DNA of 64,000 nt, taken from the NCBI GenBank assembly GCA_964504595.1, contig CAZDEE010000008.1, forward strand, positions 338 through 64,337, read 5' to 3'. The notes beneath the pieces are model-generated. The model was not told the DNA's origin. It saw only the letters and a list, made by a program, of their open reading frames with translations, and did not search any database. Origin of the DNA: an uncultured Staphylococcaceae bacterium (GTDB lineage: Bacteria > Bacillota_I > Bacilli_A > RFN20 > CAG-826). Each line of letters starts with the position of its first letter. The first letter of the stretch is position 1. This document shows positions 9,117 to 19,756 of the stretch, in pieces. A program made the position numbers and the translations under genes.

Positions 9117-10382
9117 TTAAATTCCTAATTTACTTTTCACAACAAAATTATTAGTCCCATCATCTTCAAATGTATTACGATATCTTGGGATATATACTAT
9201 GTCACCTTTAGAATTTAAAATAACAGGCCATTTTTTACGAAGTTCTGTAGGTATTTTCCAATCTAAAAACAGCCTTCTAACGCTTTTTCTTGCTCCACCC
9301 ACTTCAAAATAATCTCCCGATTTATAATTCCTGATAGTAAGAGGATAATCGTAATCGAAAATATTTCGATTCGAAGTATCTCCTTCAAAATTTAAATAGA
9401 AAAATGGAGTATCTAATTTACAAGGTTTCTCTAAATGATATTCATAAGATTCCAATTCTCCTATTCGGCAAATATAAAAAACATCATAGGCTTTTACTAA
9501 TTGATATGGAGATAATAATGTCATTTTCCAGTTCGGCTTTTTAGATTGAGCTGCTTGCACCATCATTTTTGCCTTGTATTTACTAAGCACATATTCACTA
9601 ACATATTGGTTAATAAAATGATGGAGGCAAAGAATTTGTTCTTCTTCTTCTAAAAGCAAAAACTTTGAAATGCAAATAGTATTATCTTTAAAAACTTTAT
9701 TAATATTATCAAATTGATTTTCTCTTATTTTATTAAGTTTATTCTTTTCTTCAATTACTAAATTAAGTTCTTCATCAGTCGCTTTTTCAATAAAGTTATG
9801 CCTAATTCTATTTCTTTCATAATCATCATGATTATTTGAATCATCAATTGCAAATGGAACATTGTTTGCCAAGCAATATTCTTTTAATTCTTTTTTTCGA
9901 TAGTTTAAAAGCGGCCTAATAACTTCCATATCATATATAGTTCTAGAAGGCATAATTCCGTAATATCGCAGTATTTTTTTTCTTTGCATTAAAAAAGTCT
10001 CTGCATCATCATCTTTATGATGCGCTACTAACAAAGCAGAAGCATTATATTTATCATAAATTTCCTTAAAAAAACGATATCTAACATCTCTAGCCCAAGC
10101 TTGAAAATTAACATGTTTTGGAGCGGTATCCGCATGTAAAATATGAAGTTTTATTTTATTAATTTTGCAAAATTTAATTAATCCAGCTTCTTCTTGATCA
10201 GCTTCAATTCTTTTATGATAATTTACAAAGCAAACAACTACTTTAATTTTTTCTTTAATAAGCATGTTCAAAAGTGCCATTGAATCTGGCCCAAATGAAA
10301 CTGCAGCAATATATGTTTTACCTCTATCTAAATATTCCATTTCGCTCACCGCATATATTCTATCACAAAATTTTGCAAACAA
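9117..10382 (-). CDS. tilS: tRNA(Ile)-lysidine synthetase
   Basis: PP-loop ATPase motif AVSFGPDSMAL; 421 aa; sits between spoIIE and ftsH as in Bacillus (hprT is absent). Confidence 0.9.
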   Translation of the reverse strand: MFAKFCDRIYAVSEMEYLDRGKTYIAAVSFGPDSMALLNMLIKEKIKVVVCFVNYHKRIEADQEEAGLIKFCKINKIKLHILHADTAPKHVNFQAWARDVRYRFFKEIYDKYNASALLVAHHKDDDAETFLMQRKKILRYYGIMPSRTIYDMEVIRPLLNYRKKELKEYCLANNVPFAIDDSNNHDDYERNRIRHNFIEKATDEELNLVIEEKNKLNKIRENQFDNINKVFKDNTICISKFLLLEEEEQILCLHHFINQYVSEYVLSKYKAKMMVQAAQSKKPNWKMTLLSPYQLVKAYDVFYICRIGELESYEYHLEKPCKLDTPFFYLNFEGDTSNRNIFDYDYPLTIRNYKSGDYFEVGGARKSVRRLFLDWKIPTELRKKWPVILNSKGDIVYIPRYRNTFEDDGTNNFVVKSKLGI

Positions 10383-12492
10383 TCATACTCGCATCATCTA
10401 AATGTTTCATATTTACTAATGCTAAATTAAACAAACTACGGAAAAACTCATTTTCATCATGAATTTCTTTATAAATTTCCTTATCTAATTCTTTAATAAA
10501 CTCTCTAATACCATCACTAATCATTAAAAGAATATCTCCCTCTTGTAATTGAAAAGTCGCCCTTCGATAATCAACTTTATCTAAAACTCCTAATGGTAAT
10601 CCTCCTAATTCAATTGCCATTATTTTGCTGTCACGAATAATATAAGACTCAGCAGAACCGGCTTTAATACTAGTTAATTCCAGTGTTTGTAAATTAATTT
10701 CCATAAAATCAAAAGTGGAATAATTATCATAAGTCGAACCCACACGAAACATATTATTGATTTGTTGTAAATTGCGATTAATATCGCAATCTTGCTTATA
10801 TAAAGATATAAATGTATTTGCGACACTCATGCTAGAAGAATAAGCTTTTTCATCATGTCCCATTCCATCGCACAATAAAATAATTCTTTTATTGCCCATA
10901 TTATCACTAACAATGTAATCGCCATTTTTACTACCTGCCGCTTTAGTATAAGTCATATATTTTATACTTTTTCTTGATAACGATTCATATTCTACAACAT
11001 AGTGGTGATTTAAATACGAAACATATTCATTAGAAATAGTAAACCACTCATTCATATATAAATATAATATCTTTTTAATTATTTCTTTATTAGACTCTTC
11101 AATAATACTTTCTAATAAAACAACAATTTTATTATTTAAGATTTTAATTTCCTTAACCATTATTTTTTCACTTATTAAATGCTCTTTAATTTTTGTTTTC
11201 AAATCTTTTTCTTCTAATAATTCCTCTTTCGTGATTTTTAAAGGAGTTCTGATGTTTTCTAGAACATCTAAAAGCATTTCTTTCCTTTTTAATACTTCTT
11301 GATAATAACTTTCTGAACTAATAAATATTTGATAACCTTGTTGTAACTCTAATGTTAATTTGTAAGGTTTAATACATTCTTTATTAATTGATTTTCTCAT
11401 TTCTGCATTTATTTTTCCACCAACATAATTGCTTAAATTCCTTGTTAATTTACAATATTCTAAATGTTCACAACTAGAACATACTCTTTGATAAACTCTT
11501 GAAGCAGCTTTTTGTTGAGGAGTTAATGGATTTGATTCAAATTCAAAATTAATCGCGTTCAAATAACCTTCTAAATGATTCACTATCTCTAACACTTTTT
11601 CTTTTTCTGTCTTTTTAACTTTTAGTTTGCTTTTTAATGGCAGAGCAAAGAATATAATTTCCGCAACAACAGTCTGATAAAAAAGTCCATTTGAATAAAA
11701 CAAGGGATCTATAATAAAAGAGACAATAACTGTTAGTATTAAGAGAATTACTTTATTAAATCTTTTATCTTTTATATACATTAATAAACAAGGAAGCAAA
11801 ATCATCAAACAATTATTAATGGAGTACTGATATATAAAAAATAAAGATATAAAAACTAAAATTAACAGTAAAAGAGATATAGTTATATTTTCTTTCTTTA
11901 TTTTATTTAATAATATTATTCTAATTAAAATTAATCCAGCGATTGGAAAAACCATACTAGAAATAAAAACCACCATCTCTAAAACAATATAGCTGAATTT
12001 AGATATTATAAAAGTTTCATCATCAATTGCTCTATTAAACTCATTACCATGATAAACAAAGAAAATTGTTAAAGCGGAACTTATAAAGCAATAAACTAAC
12101 GACTTTAACGAAAACGACTTTATTAACATGGTTCCACTAATTAAAAGACATAAAATCAATACCGGATAGTATTCTTTATATTCACTATTAAAACATATTC
12201 TTACAAAAGAAAAAGATAAAAAGAATTGCACTAATCCTATTATTAACAATTCCATAGAATAAGAAATATTAACCATTGAAGATGTAAAAATTAAAGTAAA
12301 AAAAGTTAAAAAATATGTTATTCCTGATTTTTTATAACTAACAAATAAAATTGCTAAAATCAAAGGATTAAACAAAAACGCCTCTTCTAACAATGTGAAA
12401 CACATTGCTAATATAGGAAATATATAATTTTCAATTTTTTTCCATTCTAAAGCTATTCTTTTTTGTTTCAATACTTCTTTTGTCATTTCCAT
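10363..12492 (-). CDS. spoIIE: stage II sporulation protein E (membrane PP2C phosphatase)
   Basis: 709 aa with a roughly 300-aa polytopic N-terminus and a C-terminal PP2C domain (LLCDGMGHDEKA, LLMISDGI, DDASMIV). Conserved position before tilS. Confidence 0.85.
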   Translation of the reverse strand: MEMTKEVLKQKRIALEWKKIENYIFPILAMCFTLLEEAFLFNPLILAILFVSYKKSGITYFLTFFTLIFTSSMVNISYSMELLIIGLVQFFLSFSFVRICFNSEYKEYYPVLILCLLISGTMLIKSFSLKSLVYCFISSALTIFFVYHGNEFNRAIDDETFIISKFSYIVLEMVVFISSMVFPIAGLILIRIILLNKIKKENITISLLLLILVFISLFFIYQYSINNCLMILLPCLLMYIKDKRFNKVILLILTVIVSFIIDPLFYSNGLFYQTVVAEIIFFALPLKSKLKVKKTEKEKVLEIVNHLEGYLNAINFEFESNPLTPQQKAASRVYQRVCSSCEHLEYCKLTRNLSNYVGGKINAEMRKSINKECIKPYKLTLELQQGYQIFISSESYYQEVLKRKEMLLDVLENIRTPLKITKEELLEEKDLKTKIKEHLISEKIMVKEIKILNNKIVVLLESIIEESNKEIIKKILYLYMNEWFTISNEYVSYLNHHYVVEYESLSRKSIKYMTYTKAAGSKNGDYIVSDNMGNKRIILLCDGMGHDEKAYSSSMSVANTFISLYKQDCDINRNLQQINNMFRVGSTYDNYSTFDFMEINLQTLELTSIKAGSAESYIIRDSKIMAIELGGLPLGVLDKVDYRRATFQLQEGDILLMISDGIREFIKELDKEIYKEIHDENEFFRSLFNLALVNMKHLDDASMIVCKIL

Positions 12493-12518
12493 ATAATCAC
12501 TTCCTATTAGAGAATAAC

Positions 12519-12547
12519 AAAAAAAAGAAGCGCTTTATGTCGCTTCT
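12519..12547 (-). terminator. intrinsic terminator after divIC-like gene
   Basis: Stem AGAAGCG (12526-12532) / CGCTTCT (12541-12547). On the minus strand a T8 run follows (A-run 12519-12526). Confidence 0.65.
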
Positions 12548-12566
12548 TGTAATTTAATAATTGTAT

Positions 12567-12836
12567 TTAGAAATATATTATTTCTTCTCCTTTACTAGAA
12601 GAAGTATCATCATCTTTTTCCGAAGTAATATCCTCATCTTTCTCAAAATAAGTATAATAATCTTCTTTTTCATCTTCAGTATAATCCTGTTTTATTTTCT
12701 CTATTAATTTATTTAATTCTTTATTTTCACGATAATTATCTATTAAGGCTAAAGATGTGAAAGATATTAAAACTAAAGAAAGAATAAATGTTAAACCAAA
12801 TACATAACTAAGAGCCCGATGCTTGTTTTTGAACAT
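12567..12836 (-). CDS. small bitopic coiled-coil protein, DivIC/FtsB-like by position
   Basis: 89 aa with one TM (YVFGLTFILSLVLISFTSLAL), a short coiled coil and an acidic tail. Follows yabQ, where B. subtilis has divIC. Sequence similarity was not verified. Confidence 0.5.
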   Translation of the reverse strand: MFKNKHRALSYVFGLTFILSLVLISFTSLALIDNYRENKELNKLIEKIKQDYTEDEKEDYYTYFEKDEDITSEKDDDTSSSKGEEIIYF

Positions 12837-13221
12837 TTTTCTTCCCCCTAACTTTTTTCTTAATTATAGCACGGAAAGAAGATATTTTCATATTAATTGG
12901 CGACAAAAACTTTTTATTTATGATAATTACTTTCTTTTCTATAAAGCGATTAACATAATAAGCATAAAATGAATAATAAAAAATACCACCGATAAGTGAA
13001 GCTAGCAAATAATGAATATTTAATATTCCATGACAAGTAAATACTAAAAATCGAAAATATCCATAAAAGATAGCTATAAAAAATATCGTTTCAAATAATA
13101 ATCTTACGATTGAAGAATGTTTTTTATAAAATAAACGATTAAATATACTAAATAAAAAACAAGCAAAAAGAGTAATAATAATTGTCCCGATAAATACTTG
13201 AAATTGTTGTTTTAGAGTCAT
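12808..13221 (-). CDS. yabQ: spore cortex biosynthesis protein YabQ-like membrane protein
   Basis: 137 aa hydrophobic protein with several TM segments, immediately after yabP with an overlapping stop/start, as in Bacillus. Confidence 0.6.
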   Translation of the reverse strand: MTLKQQFQVFIGTIIITLFACFLFSIFNRLFYKKHSSIVRLLFETIFFIAIFYGYFRFLVFTCHGILNIHYLLASLIGGIFYYSFYAYYVNRFIEKKVIIINKKFLSPINMKISSFRAIIKKKVRGKKNVQKQASGS

Positions 13222-13496
13222 TATTTAAATAATTTCTTTAGAAAGCTTTCTTTTGGTTCTGTTTTATTTTTACCTATATAGCCAACACTTTCAATTGTTC
13301 CATTTATAGTCAAGGTCCCTTTTTCCATATCCATAAAACCTAAACTTAAATTATTGCCTTTTATATGAACATATCCTAGTTCAGTATTGATTAAAAACTC
13401 TTCATGATTAAAACTATCTAGTTTAAGAACTCCATTCAATCCAACACTTTCCCTGTTTTGAATTAAAATATCATATGACTTATTATCATTTTCCAT
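13221..13496 (-). CDS. yabP: sporulation protein YabP
   Basis: 91 aa. The pattern L.G.LKLDSF..EEFL..T..G...IKG.NL......EKG.L.I.G resembles B. subtilis YabP. Conserved yabO-yabP-yabQ order. Confidence 0.8.
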   Translation of the reverse strand: MENDNKSYDILIQNRESVGLNGVLKLDSFNHEEFLINTELGYVHIKGNNLSLGFMDMEKGTLTINGTIESVGYIGKNKTEPKESFLKKLFK

Positions 13497-13523
13497 AAAA
13501 AAACCTCCTACTTAACAATATGA

Positions 13524-13790
13524 TTAAGCAAGAGGATTTATAACATCAATTGATATCACTTCATAAAGTTCAGAAGCATTTTCCTTCTTTGATGTAGCGG
13601 CTAAAGATAATACTTTTACGACAATTTCTTTTTTTCCTAAACATAACTTGATAATATCTCCAACATGGATTTCTTTTGAAGGCTTAGCAATAACATCATT
13701 AACATAAACAACATCACGATCTATTACTTCTTTAGCAATCGTTCTTCTTTTAATTAACCTTGAAACTTTTAAATATTTATCTAATCTCAT
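13524..13790 (-). CDS. rqcP: S4-domain RNA-binding protein YabO/RqcP (Hsp15-like)
   Basis: S4 motif MRLDKYLKVSRLIKRRT. The start is placed at the internal ATG (13790) rather than the ORF-track start that overlaps spoVT. Position matches B. subtilis yabO. Confidence 0.8.
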   Translation of the reverse strand: MRLDKYLKVSRLIKRRTIAKEVIDRDVVYVNDVIAKPSKEIHVGDIIKLCLGKKEIVVKVLSLAATSKKENASELYEVISIDVINPLA

Positions 13791-13813
13791 TTTGTTCCTC
13801 CAACAACATTTTA

Positions 13814-14332
13814 TCACACTTTTAAAATCATTGTTATTAAGTTTCTAAATGCATGCACAATACGCATATCTTCTTCACTTATTTTTTTATCAAATATAAC
13901 TAATCCTCCAAGAATTTCACTATTAAAAACTAAAGGAATAATAATAAAAGAATATTTCTTTCCATATTGTAAAAACGATGAATACTCTAAAGAAAATATT
14001 TTTAAATTGAATAGCTTTTGGTATACTTCTGCATCAATCATCTCACCATCAACTATTTCTTCTGCAACAGACGTACTCCTAGTTAATACTTTTTCTTCAT
14101 TGATAATAACAATAGGCTTTTTTATTTCTTTTTCTAAAGTCAAAACAATATTTGAAATAACATCATAATTACTATGAAAAGCATTATATTTTTTAATTTC
14201 AATTCCTCCATCATCACTAATGCCTATTTGGAGGCGGTCTCCTTCATTTATTCTTAACCGATTTCTTATTCCTTTTGGAATAACTATTCTTCCTAGCTCA
14301 TCTATTCTTCTAACTGCGCCGATAGAGTTCAT
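13814..14332 (-). CDS. spoVT: stage V sporulation regulator SpoVT (AbrB-type)
   Basis: N-terminal SpoVT-AbrB swapped-hairpin motif VRRIDELGRIVIPKGIRNRLRI.EGD plus a roughly 120-aa C-terminal sensor-like domain. Lies directly downstream of mfd as in Bacillus. Confidence 0.85.
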   Translation of the reverse strand: MNSIGAVRRIDELGRIVIPKGIRNRLRINEGDRLQIGISDDGGIEIKKYNAFHSNYDVISNIVLTLEKEIKKPIVIINEEKVLTRSTSVAEEIVDGEMIDAEVYQKLFNLKIFSLEYSSFLQYGKKYSFIIIPLVFNSEILGGLVIFDKKISEEDMRIVHAFRNLITMILKV

Positions 14333-14374
14333 AATTAAACACCTCTAGACTTATTATGAGCATAACTCAAATAA

Positions 14375-17300
14375 TTATTGTAAAGATTTATTTAATTCAT
14401 TAATTTTCGTTAGAATACTACAGAAGTTTTCTATCCAATCTCCTTTTTTAGTAAATAAAATCATTATTTTTTTATTTGTGTATGTGACCTTAATATAAGA
14501 TAAATAAGCCGTTAATGCTTGGAATAACTTTATACCAATCCCATTTATCGAACTGAATTCTTTATTTAAATATAAATTAATAGATTCTTGTTTTTCTAAC
14601 ATATCTTCAAATACATCATCGTTTAATAAAAGTTCAATTTTTTTCTTTTGTAACAAATTATTTACTTCTACTGGAATACGTCCATAAATATCATGAATTT
14701 CTTCTGCTATATTAGCTAATTCATCGCATGTTTTAGCGTTATCAATTTGTTGATATAATTCGATTTTATCTCCATCTGAAGCGTAAACTGATGGAATGTA
14801 TGCATCGATAGATATATTTCTTTTGCTTCCTTCTTTTGCTATTGATTCCTCAGTTCCTTTTTGTTTTTCTTCAATTACTTCTTGAAGAAGTTTCATATAC
14901 ATATCAATACCTACTGTATCAATAAATCCCGCTTGTTCAGAACCTAAAATATCTCCCGCACCACGAATCATTAAATCCCTTTGTGCAATTCGATAACCAC
15001 TTCCAAGTTCAGTAAAATCTTGAATGGCTTTTAATCTCTTTTTAGCCGTTTCTGTCATTTCTTTGTTTGGATTATAAAGTAAATATGCATAGGCTATTCT
15101 TCCGCCTCGACCAACTCGACCTTTAATTTGATATAACTGTGCCAAGCCAAAATGATCAGCGTTTTCAACAATAATCATATTAACATTTTCAATATCAATT
15201 CCTGTTTCAATAATTGAAGTGCATACTAAAACATTGATTTCACCACTATAAAATTTAATCATGATGTCTTCTATATCCTCATGTTCCATTTTTCCATGCG
15301 CAACACCAATTTTAGCATCCGGAACCATTTGTTGTATTTTTCTTGCAACACCATAAATTGAAGAAACTCGATTATGAAGATAAAATACTTGGCCTTGTCT
15401 TGCAAGTTCTCTTTCAATTAATTCTTGAACCATTTCATCATTATGAGGTACAACATATGTTTGAATTGGTAATCTATTCATCGGCGCGGTATTTAATTGT
15501 GAATATTGTCTCATTCCCACTAATGACATTTGTAATGTTCGAGGGATCGGAGTTGCTGTTAAAGTTAAAACGTCTATATTTTGTTTCATTTCTTTAATTC
15601 TTTCTTTTTGTTCAACTCCAAATCTTTGTTCTTCATCAATAATCAACAATCCTAAATCAGAAAATTCTATTTCTTTTGATAATAATCGATGTGTACCAAT
15701 TATTAAATTAGCGCTGCCATCTTTTATTTTTTCAATGTAAGATTTTTGAACACTTTGAGGAATTAATCGCGAAAGAACTACAATTTTAATACCAAAAAAA
15801 GCAAATCTTTCCATTGCTCTTTCATAATGTTGACGCGCTAACAAAGTAGTTGGACATAATAAACCGACCTGTTTTCCACTAAGCATCGCTTTAAAGGCCG
15901 CTCTAAAAGCAACTTCGGTCTTGCCAAAACCTACATCTCCACATAAAAGTCGATCCATCGGCGTTGGCTTCTCCATATCTTCTTTTATTTCTTTTAATGC
16001 TGTTTCTTGATCTTTTGTTAATTCAAAAGGAAATTGACTTTCAAAAGATATTTGAAATTCATCATCTTCTTTAAAAGCAAATCCTGGTGTTGATTCCCTT
16101 TCAGCGTAAAGTTTGATAAGTCGATCAGCCATATCATTAACTTTATCTTTAATTCTTCGTTTAGTTTTTTCCCATTCAGTTGAACCTAATTTATTAATTT
16201 TTGGAGTCGCTCCATCTTTTCCAACAAATTTTCTTACTAATTTAAATTGTTCTAAAGGAACGTATAAAACATCGCTTCCTGCATAAGCGATTTGAAGATA
16301 ATCACGATGTAATCCATTAACTTCTAAGGTTTTTATACCAATAAATTTTCCAATTCCATTTTGCTCATGAACGATATAATCTCCTGGCTCTAATTCTTCA
16401 TATGATTTTAAAATAACCGCTTCCTTATATCGATTTAAAAAACGAGATTGATGAATTCGATAGCCAAATAATTCATTGCTAGAAAGAATCACAATTTTTT
16501 CTTCAACTAATTCAAATCCGGATTGGAAAGGTTGAATCATGATTGATAACTTATCTTTTGGTGTTTGATTGTTACTTATTAATGAATATTCAATATTATT
16601 ATCATTCAACATATCAGAAATAGCTTTTTTTTGCTGTTCACTCGATAATGAAATAATTATTTTATTGTCCGTTTCTAAATAGTATTTAATAAGTTGTAAT
16701 GCATCTTTAAAAGTATTTGAAGAAGAAAGTATTGGTCTAACCAAAAAAGGAATATCACTTTCTTTTTCTAATAATGGATTCATATAAATAGTTTTCTTAA
16801 ACCGCATTAAAATCCGTTCAATATTTTGATATAAACTTAATCCAGTTAATATATTACTTTGCTCATGTCCTTCTAAAAAGAAATCTGTTTCTTCTTGAAG
16901 CATTTGATTTGCAGTATTTAAAATTCTTTTTTTATCTACAAGAATAATTGTTGAATGATTTGCGTAATCTAAAATACTACTATATTCTTCTTTAAGAATT
17001 CCATAATAAGAATATAAGGAAGCAGTTATTTTATTCATCCTAAATAGATTTAAATCATTATTTACTTTTACTTCTAAGCGTTCTTTATTAGGCAAAATTA
17101 ATAAATCTTTCGCCAATTTTTCCTTAATAATTTCTTCAATGCTTTCATACTCTTTTTTAGTAAAAAGCATATCGCTTGCAGGCAAAATTGTAATTTCAGA
17201 TAGAGCTTCCAAAGATCTTTGTGTTGCTATATCAAAATATCTAATATTTTCAATTTCATCATCAAAAAATTCAATTCTTACTGGTTGTTCTTCATTAACG

Positions 17301-17836
17301 CTATAAATATCTAAAATATCACCACGAACTGCGAATTGAAGACTTTGATCAATTTTATTTACTTTTTCATAGCCTATAGCAACCAATTTTTCTTTTATTT
17401 CTTTAAAAGAACATACTTCACCGACTTTAAAAGTTATCGTTTTTTCTTTAAATAATTCCTCTTTTGGTAAATATCGAATTACTCCTGCAACATGGGTAAC
17501 TAATATTTTTTTCTCTTTTTTGCATAATTCATGCATTACATAAAGGCGTTGCGCAAGCATTTCCTTTGATGAAGAAACAGCATCTAATCTTAAAACTTCA
17601 TCCACTGGAAAAAACAAACAATTTTCCTCTCCAATAAAAGAAGACAAAAAATCATATATTTTTTGAGCGTGATATAAATTATTAGCAACAATTGTGTACG
17701 CTTCTTGTTTTTCTTTAAACGCGGCCGCAACTAAAAGAGCCACTCCAAAACTATCTTCCACCGCAAAAGAACCTGATTTTGCAATCAGGGCGGCTTTAGC
17801 TTTATTTGCTTTTAATTTTTCAAATAAAAATTTCAT
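14375..17836 (-). CDS. mfd: transcription-repair coupling factor
   Basis: 1153 aa with helicase motifs GDVGFGKTEV and DEEQRFG and a CarD-like domain. pth-mfd order. Confidence 0.95.
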   Translation of the reverse strand: MKFLFEKLKANKAKAALIAKSGSFAVEDSFGVALLVAAAFKEKQEAYTIVANNLYHAQKIYDFLSSFIGEENCLFFPVDEVLRLDAVSSSKEMLAQRLYVMHELCKKEKKILVTHVAGVIRYLPKEELFKEKTITFKVGEVCSFKEIKEKLVAIGYEKVNKIDQSLQFAVRGDILDIYSVNEEQPVRIEFFDDEIENIRYFDIATQRSLEALSEITILPASDMLFTKKEYESIEEIIKEKLAKDLLILPNKERLEVKVNNDLNLFRMNKITASLYSYYGILKEEYSSILDYANHSTIILVDKKRILNTANQMLQEETDFFLEGHEQSNILTGLSLYQNIERILMRFKKTIYMNPLLEKESDIPFLVRPILSSSNTFKDALQLIKYYLETDNKIIISLSSEQQKKAISDMLNDNNIEYSLISNNQTPKDKLSIMIQPFQSGFELVEEKIVILSSNELFGYRIHQSRFLNRYKEAVILKSYEELEPGDYIVHEQNGIGKFIGIKTLEVNGLHRDYLQIAYAGSDVLYVPLEQFKLVRKFVGKDGATPKINKLGSTEWEKTKRRIKDKVNDMADRLIKLYAERESTPGFAFKEDDEFQISFESQFPFELTKDQETALKEIKEDMEKPTPMDRLLCGDVGFGKTEVAFRAAFKAMLSGKQVGLLCPTTLLARQHYERAMERFAFFGIKIVVLSRLIPQSVQKSYIEKIKDGSANLIIGTHRLLSKEIEFSDLGLLIIDEEQRFGVEQKERIKEMKQNIDVLTLTATPIPRTLQMSLVGMRQYSQLNTAPMNRLPIQTYVVPHNDEMVQELIERELARQGQVFYLHNRVSSIYGVARKIQQMVPDAKIGVAHGKMEHEDIEDIMIKFYSGEINVLVCTSIIETGIDIENVNMIIVENADHFGLAQLYQIKGRVGRGGRIAYAYLLYNPNKEMTETAKKRLKAIQDFTELGSGYRIAQRDLMIRGAGDILGSEQAGFIDTVGIDMYMKLLQEVIEEKQKGTEESIAKEGSKRNISIDAYIPSVYASDGDKIELYQQIDNAKTCDELANIAEEIHDIYGRIPVEVNNLLQKKKIELLLNDDVFEDMLEKQESINLYLNKEFSSINGIGIKLFQALTAYLSYIKVTYTNKKIMILFTKKGDWIENFCSILTKINELNKSLQ

Positions 17837-17847
17837 TCTCCCACTTC

Positions 17848-18399
17848 CTAATTAAAGTGTTGCATCGCATAAGAAAATCCGTGTCCAATAATTGCTTTTA
17901 AAGCCTTTACCGTTTGTTCTAAAGCTTCATCAATTAACTTTTTATCTTCAGGGCCTGGTTTTCCTAAAACAAAATCTATTGAATTATAAGTTGGTTCTCC
18001 GATACCAATTCTAATTCTTTTAATATTATCTGTTTTAAAATGATCGATAATATTTTGCATTCCTTTATGTCCTCCACTAGAGCCTTTAATTCTTAAACGG
18101 ATTTTTCCAGGAGGTAACGCCATTTCATCATAAACCACGACAATATCATCAATACTAATTTTAAAATAATCAGCGATTTCACGTACTGATTGTCCCGATA
18201 AATTCATATATGTTAATGGTTTAAGAAGAATAACATCCTCACCATTAATCTTTACTTTAGCATAAATTCCATGAAATCCTTCTTTATCAATACTAACTCC
18301 TTCAAGTGATGCAAAAGCATCTAAGGCCATAAAGCCCATATTATGCCTTGTTAAACTATATTCTTTTCCCGGATTTCCTAAACCAACTAATAATTTCAT
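17848..18399 (-). CDS. pth: peptidyl-tRNA hydrolase
   Basis: 183 aa with the MKLLVGLGNPG..Y..TRHN motif. Confidence 0.95.
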   Translation of the reverse strand: MKLLVGLGNPGKEYSLTRHNMGFMALDAFASLEGVSIDKEGFHGIYAKVKINGEDVILLKPLTYMNLSGQSVREIADYFKISIDDIVVVYDEMALPPGKIRLRIKGSSGGHKGMQNIIDHFKTDNIKRIRIGIGEPTYNSIDFVLGKPGPEDKKLIDEALEQTVKALKAIIGHGFSYAMQHFN

Positions 18400-18463
18400 G
18401 ACTATATCTCCCTATTGCGTGCATATTATAACATAGAGAGAAAATAAAAATAAGGAGGAACAC

Positions 18464-19756
18464 ATGAAAAATAAGACCGCAATATATTATTCATTAATTC
18501 TTCTTGCTTTATCTTTAATTTCCCAAATGTTTACTAGCTATAACTATTCATATTATGTTGATGAAATGGCGTTAATATCATTAGGACAAGCCAGTTTTGC
18601 TAAGGTTATCTTCTTATTATTTGATGGAATTAATGATTTACTTTTTGGTTATCTTTCTGATAAGTTTTCTTTTAAAAACGGCAAACGAAAGCCTTGGCTA
18701 ATATTTGGTCTTCCTATTTTTAGTGTTACCTTTTTATTCACATTCTATATTAATAAAAACACTGCGCTTTCAAATACACAAATATTTTTATATTACTTAT
18801 TTATCACTATCATGTTTGATAATTGTTCTTCTTTAATGTATGTAAACTACAATGCGATGTTTGTTACTTTATTTGAAGATAATAAAAGTAGAACTGAAGC
18901 TTCTTCTTTAAAACACATTTTCGAATTAATCGGAACCGGTTTAGCCCTTATTACAGCGCCGATAATAAAAGAATATGTCGGATACTTAGGAACGTGTGTT
19001 ATTTATATTTCCTTAGCAATTATTCTTATTATGATTTCTCTTATGAATATTAAAGAAACAAAATATTACTATACTAGCCAAAAGAAAGAAAAAAAATTTA
19101 CTTTTAAAGAAACTTGGAATCATGTAATTAAAAATAAAGCATTTGTATGGTATTTAATTTCTACAGCAACGTTTTTAACTATTCTAGGAACATTGGTTAC
19201 TATTTTACCTTTCCTAGTAAAATATACCTTACATCTTAATAGTGTTGAGCAAATTATTATCATTTTTGTCACTTTTATAATGATAATGATTTCCTTTAGA
19301 TATTGGTCTAAATTAATCAATAAAAAAGGACATCGTTTTGCTTATAAAATGTCCTTTATTTTCTTGCCGTTTGTAGTATTTATATTAGCAAGTTCTTTTA
19401 ATTTCATTTCAACATTAATAAATGTAATTATTTCTGTACCTTTTATCGGAGGTCTCTTAATTACACCCGATTTAATGATGGCAGAAATCATTGATAAAGA
19501 CTATAATGAGCATCAAATTCATCGTGAAGCAGCATTAATGTCGATTTCTAGTTTTGTTAGACGAGTAGCGTTTGTTATCGCCGCTTTATTACTCATGCTC
19601 ATTTCATCATTTTCCTCATATCAAGATGGATCAAATCCTGGTGATAATCCAGAATTAACATTTAGAATAATCAGTATGCTTTTCTTGCCATTTATTGGAG
19701 GCTTAGGAACACTTTCCTCCTTTATTTACCTTCATTATAGTGAGGAATGTAACTAA
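18464..19756 (+). CDS. MFS transporter, glycoside-pentoside-hexuronide (MelB/GPH)-like
   Basis: 430 aa, about 12 TM, with a loop motif LSDKFSFKNGKRKPW reminiscent of the GPH D-x-x-G-R-R-K-P signature. RBS AAGGAGG. Confidence 0.75.
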   Translation: MKNKTAIYYSLILLALSLISQMFTSYNYSYYVDEMALISLGQASFAKVIFLLFDGINDLLFGYLSDKFSFKNGKRKPWLIFGLPIFSVTFLFTFYINKNTALSNTQIFLYYLFITIMFDNCSSLMYVNYNAMFVTLFEDNKSRTEASSLKHIFELIGTGLALITAPIIKEYVGYLGTCVIYISLAIILIMISLMNIKETKYYYTSQKKEKKFTFKETWNHVIKNKAFVWYLISTATFLTILGTLVTILPFLVKYTLHLNSVEQIIIIFVTFIMIMISFRYWSKLINKKGHRFAYKMSFIFLPFVVFILASSFNFISTLINVIISVPFIGGLLITPDLMMAEIIDKDYNEHQIHREAALMSISSFVRRVAFVIAALLLMLISSFSSYQDGSNPGDNPELTFRIISMLFLPFIGGLGTLSSFIYLHYSEECN

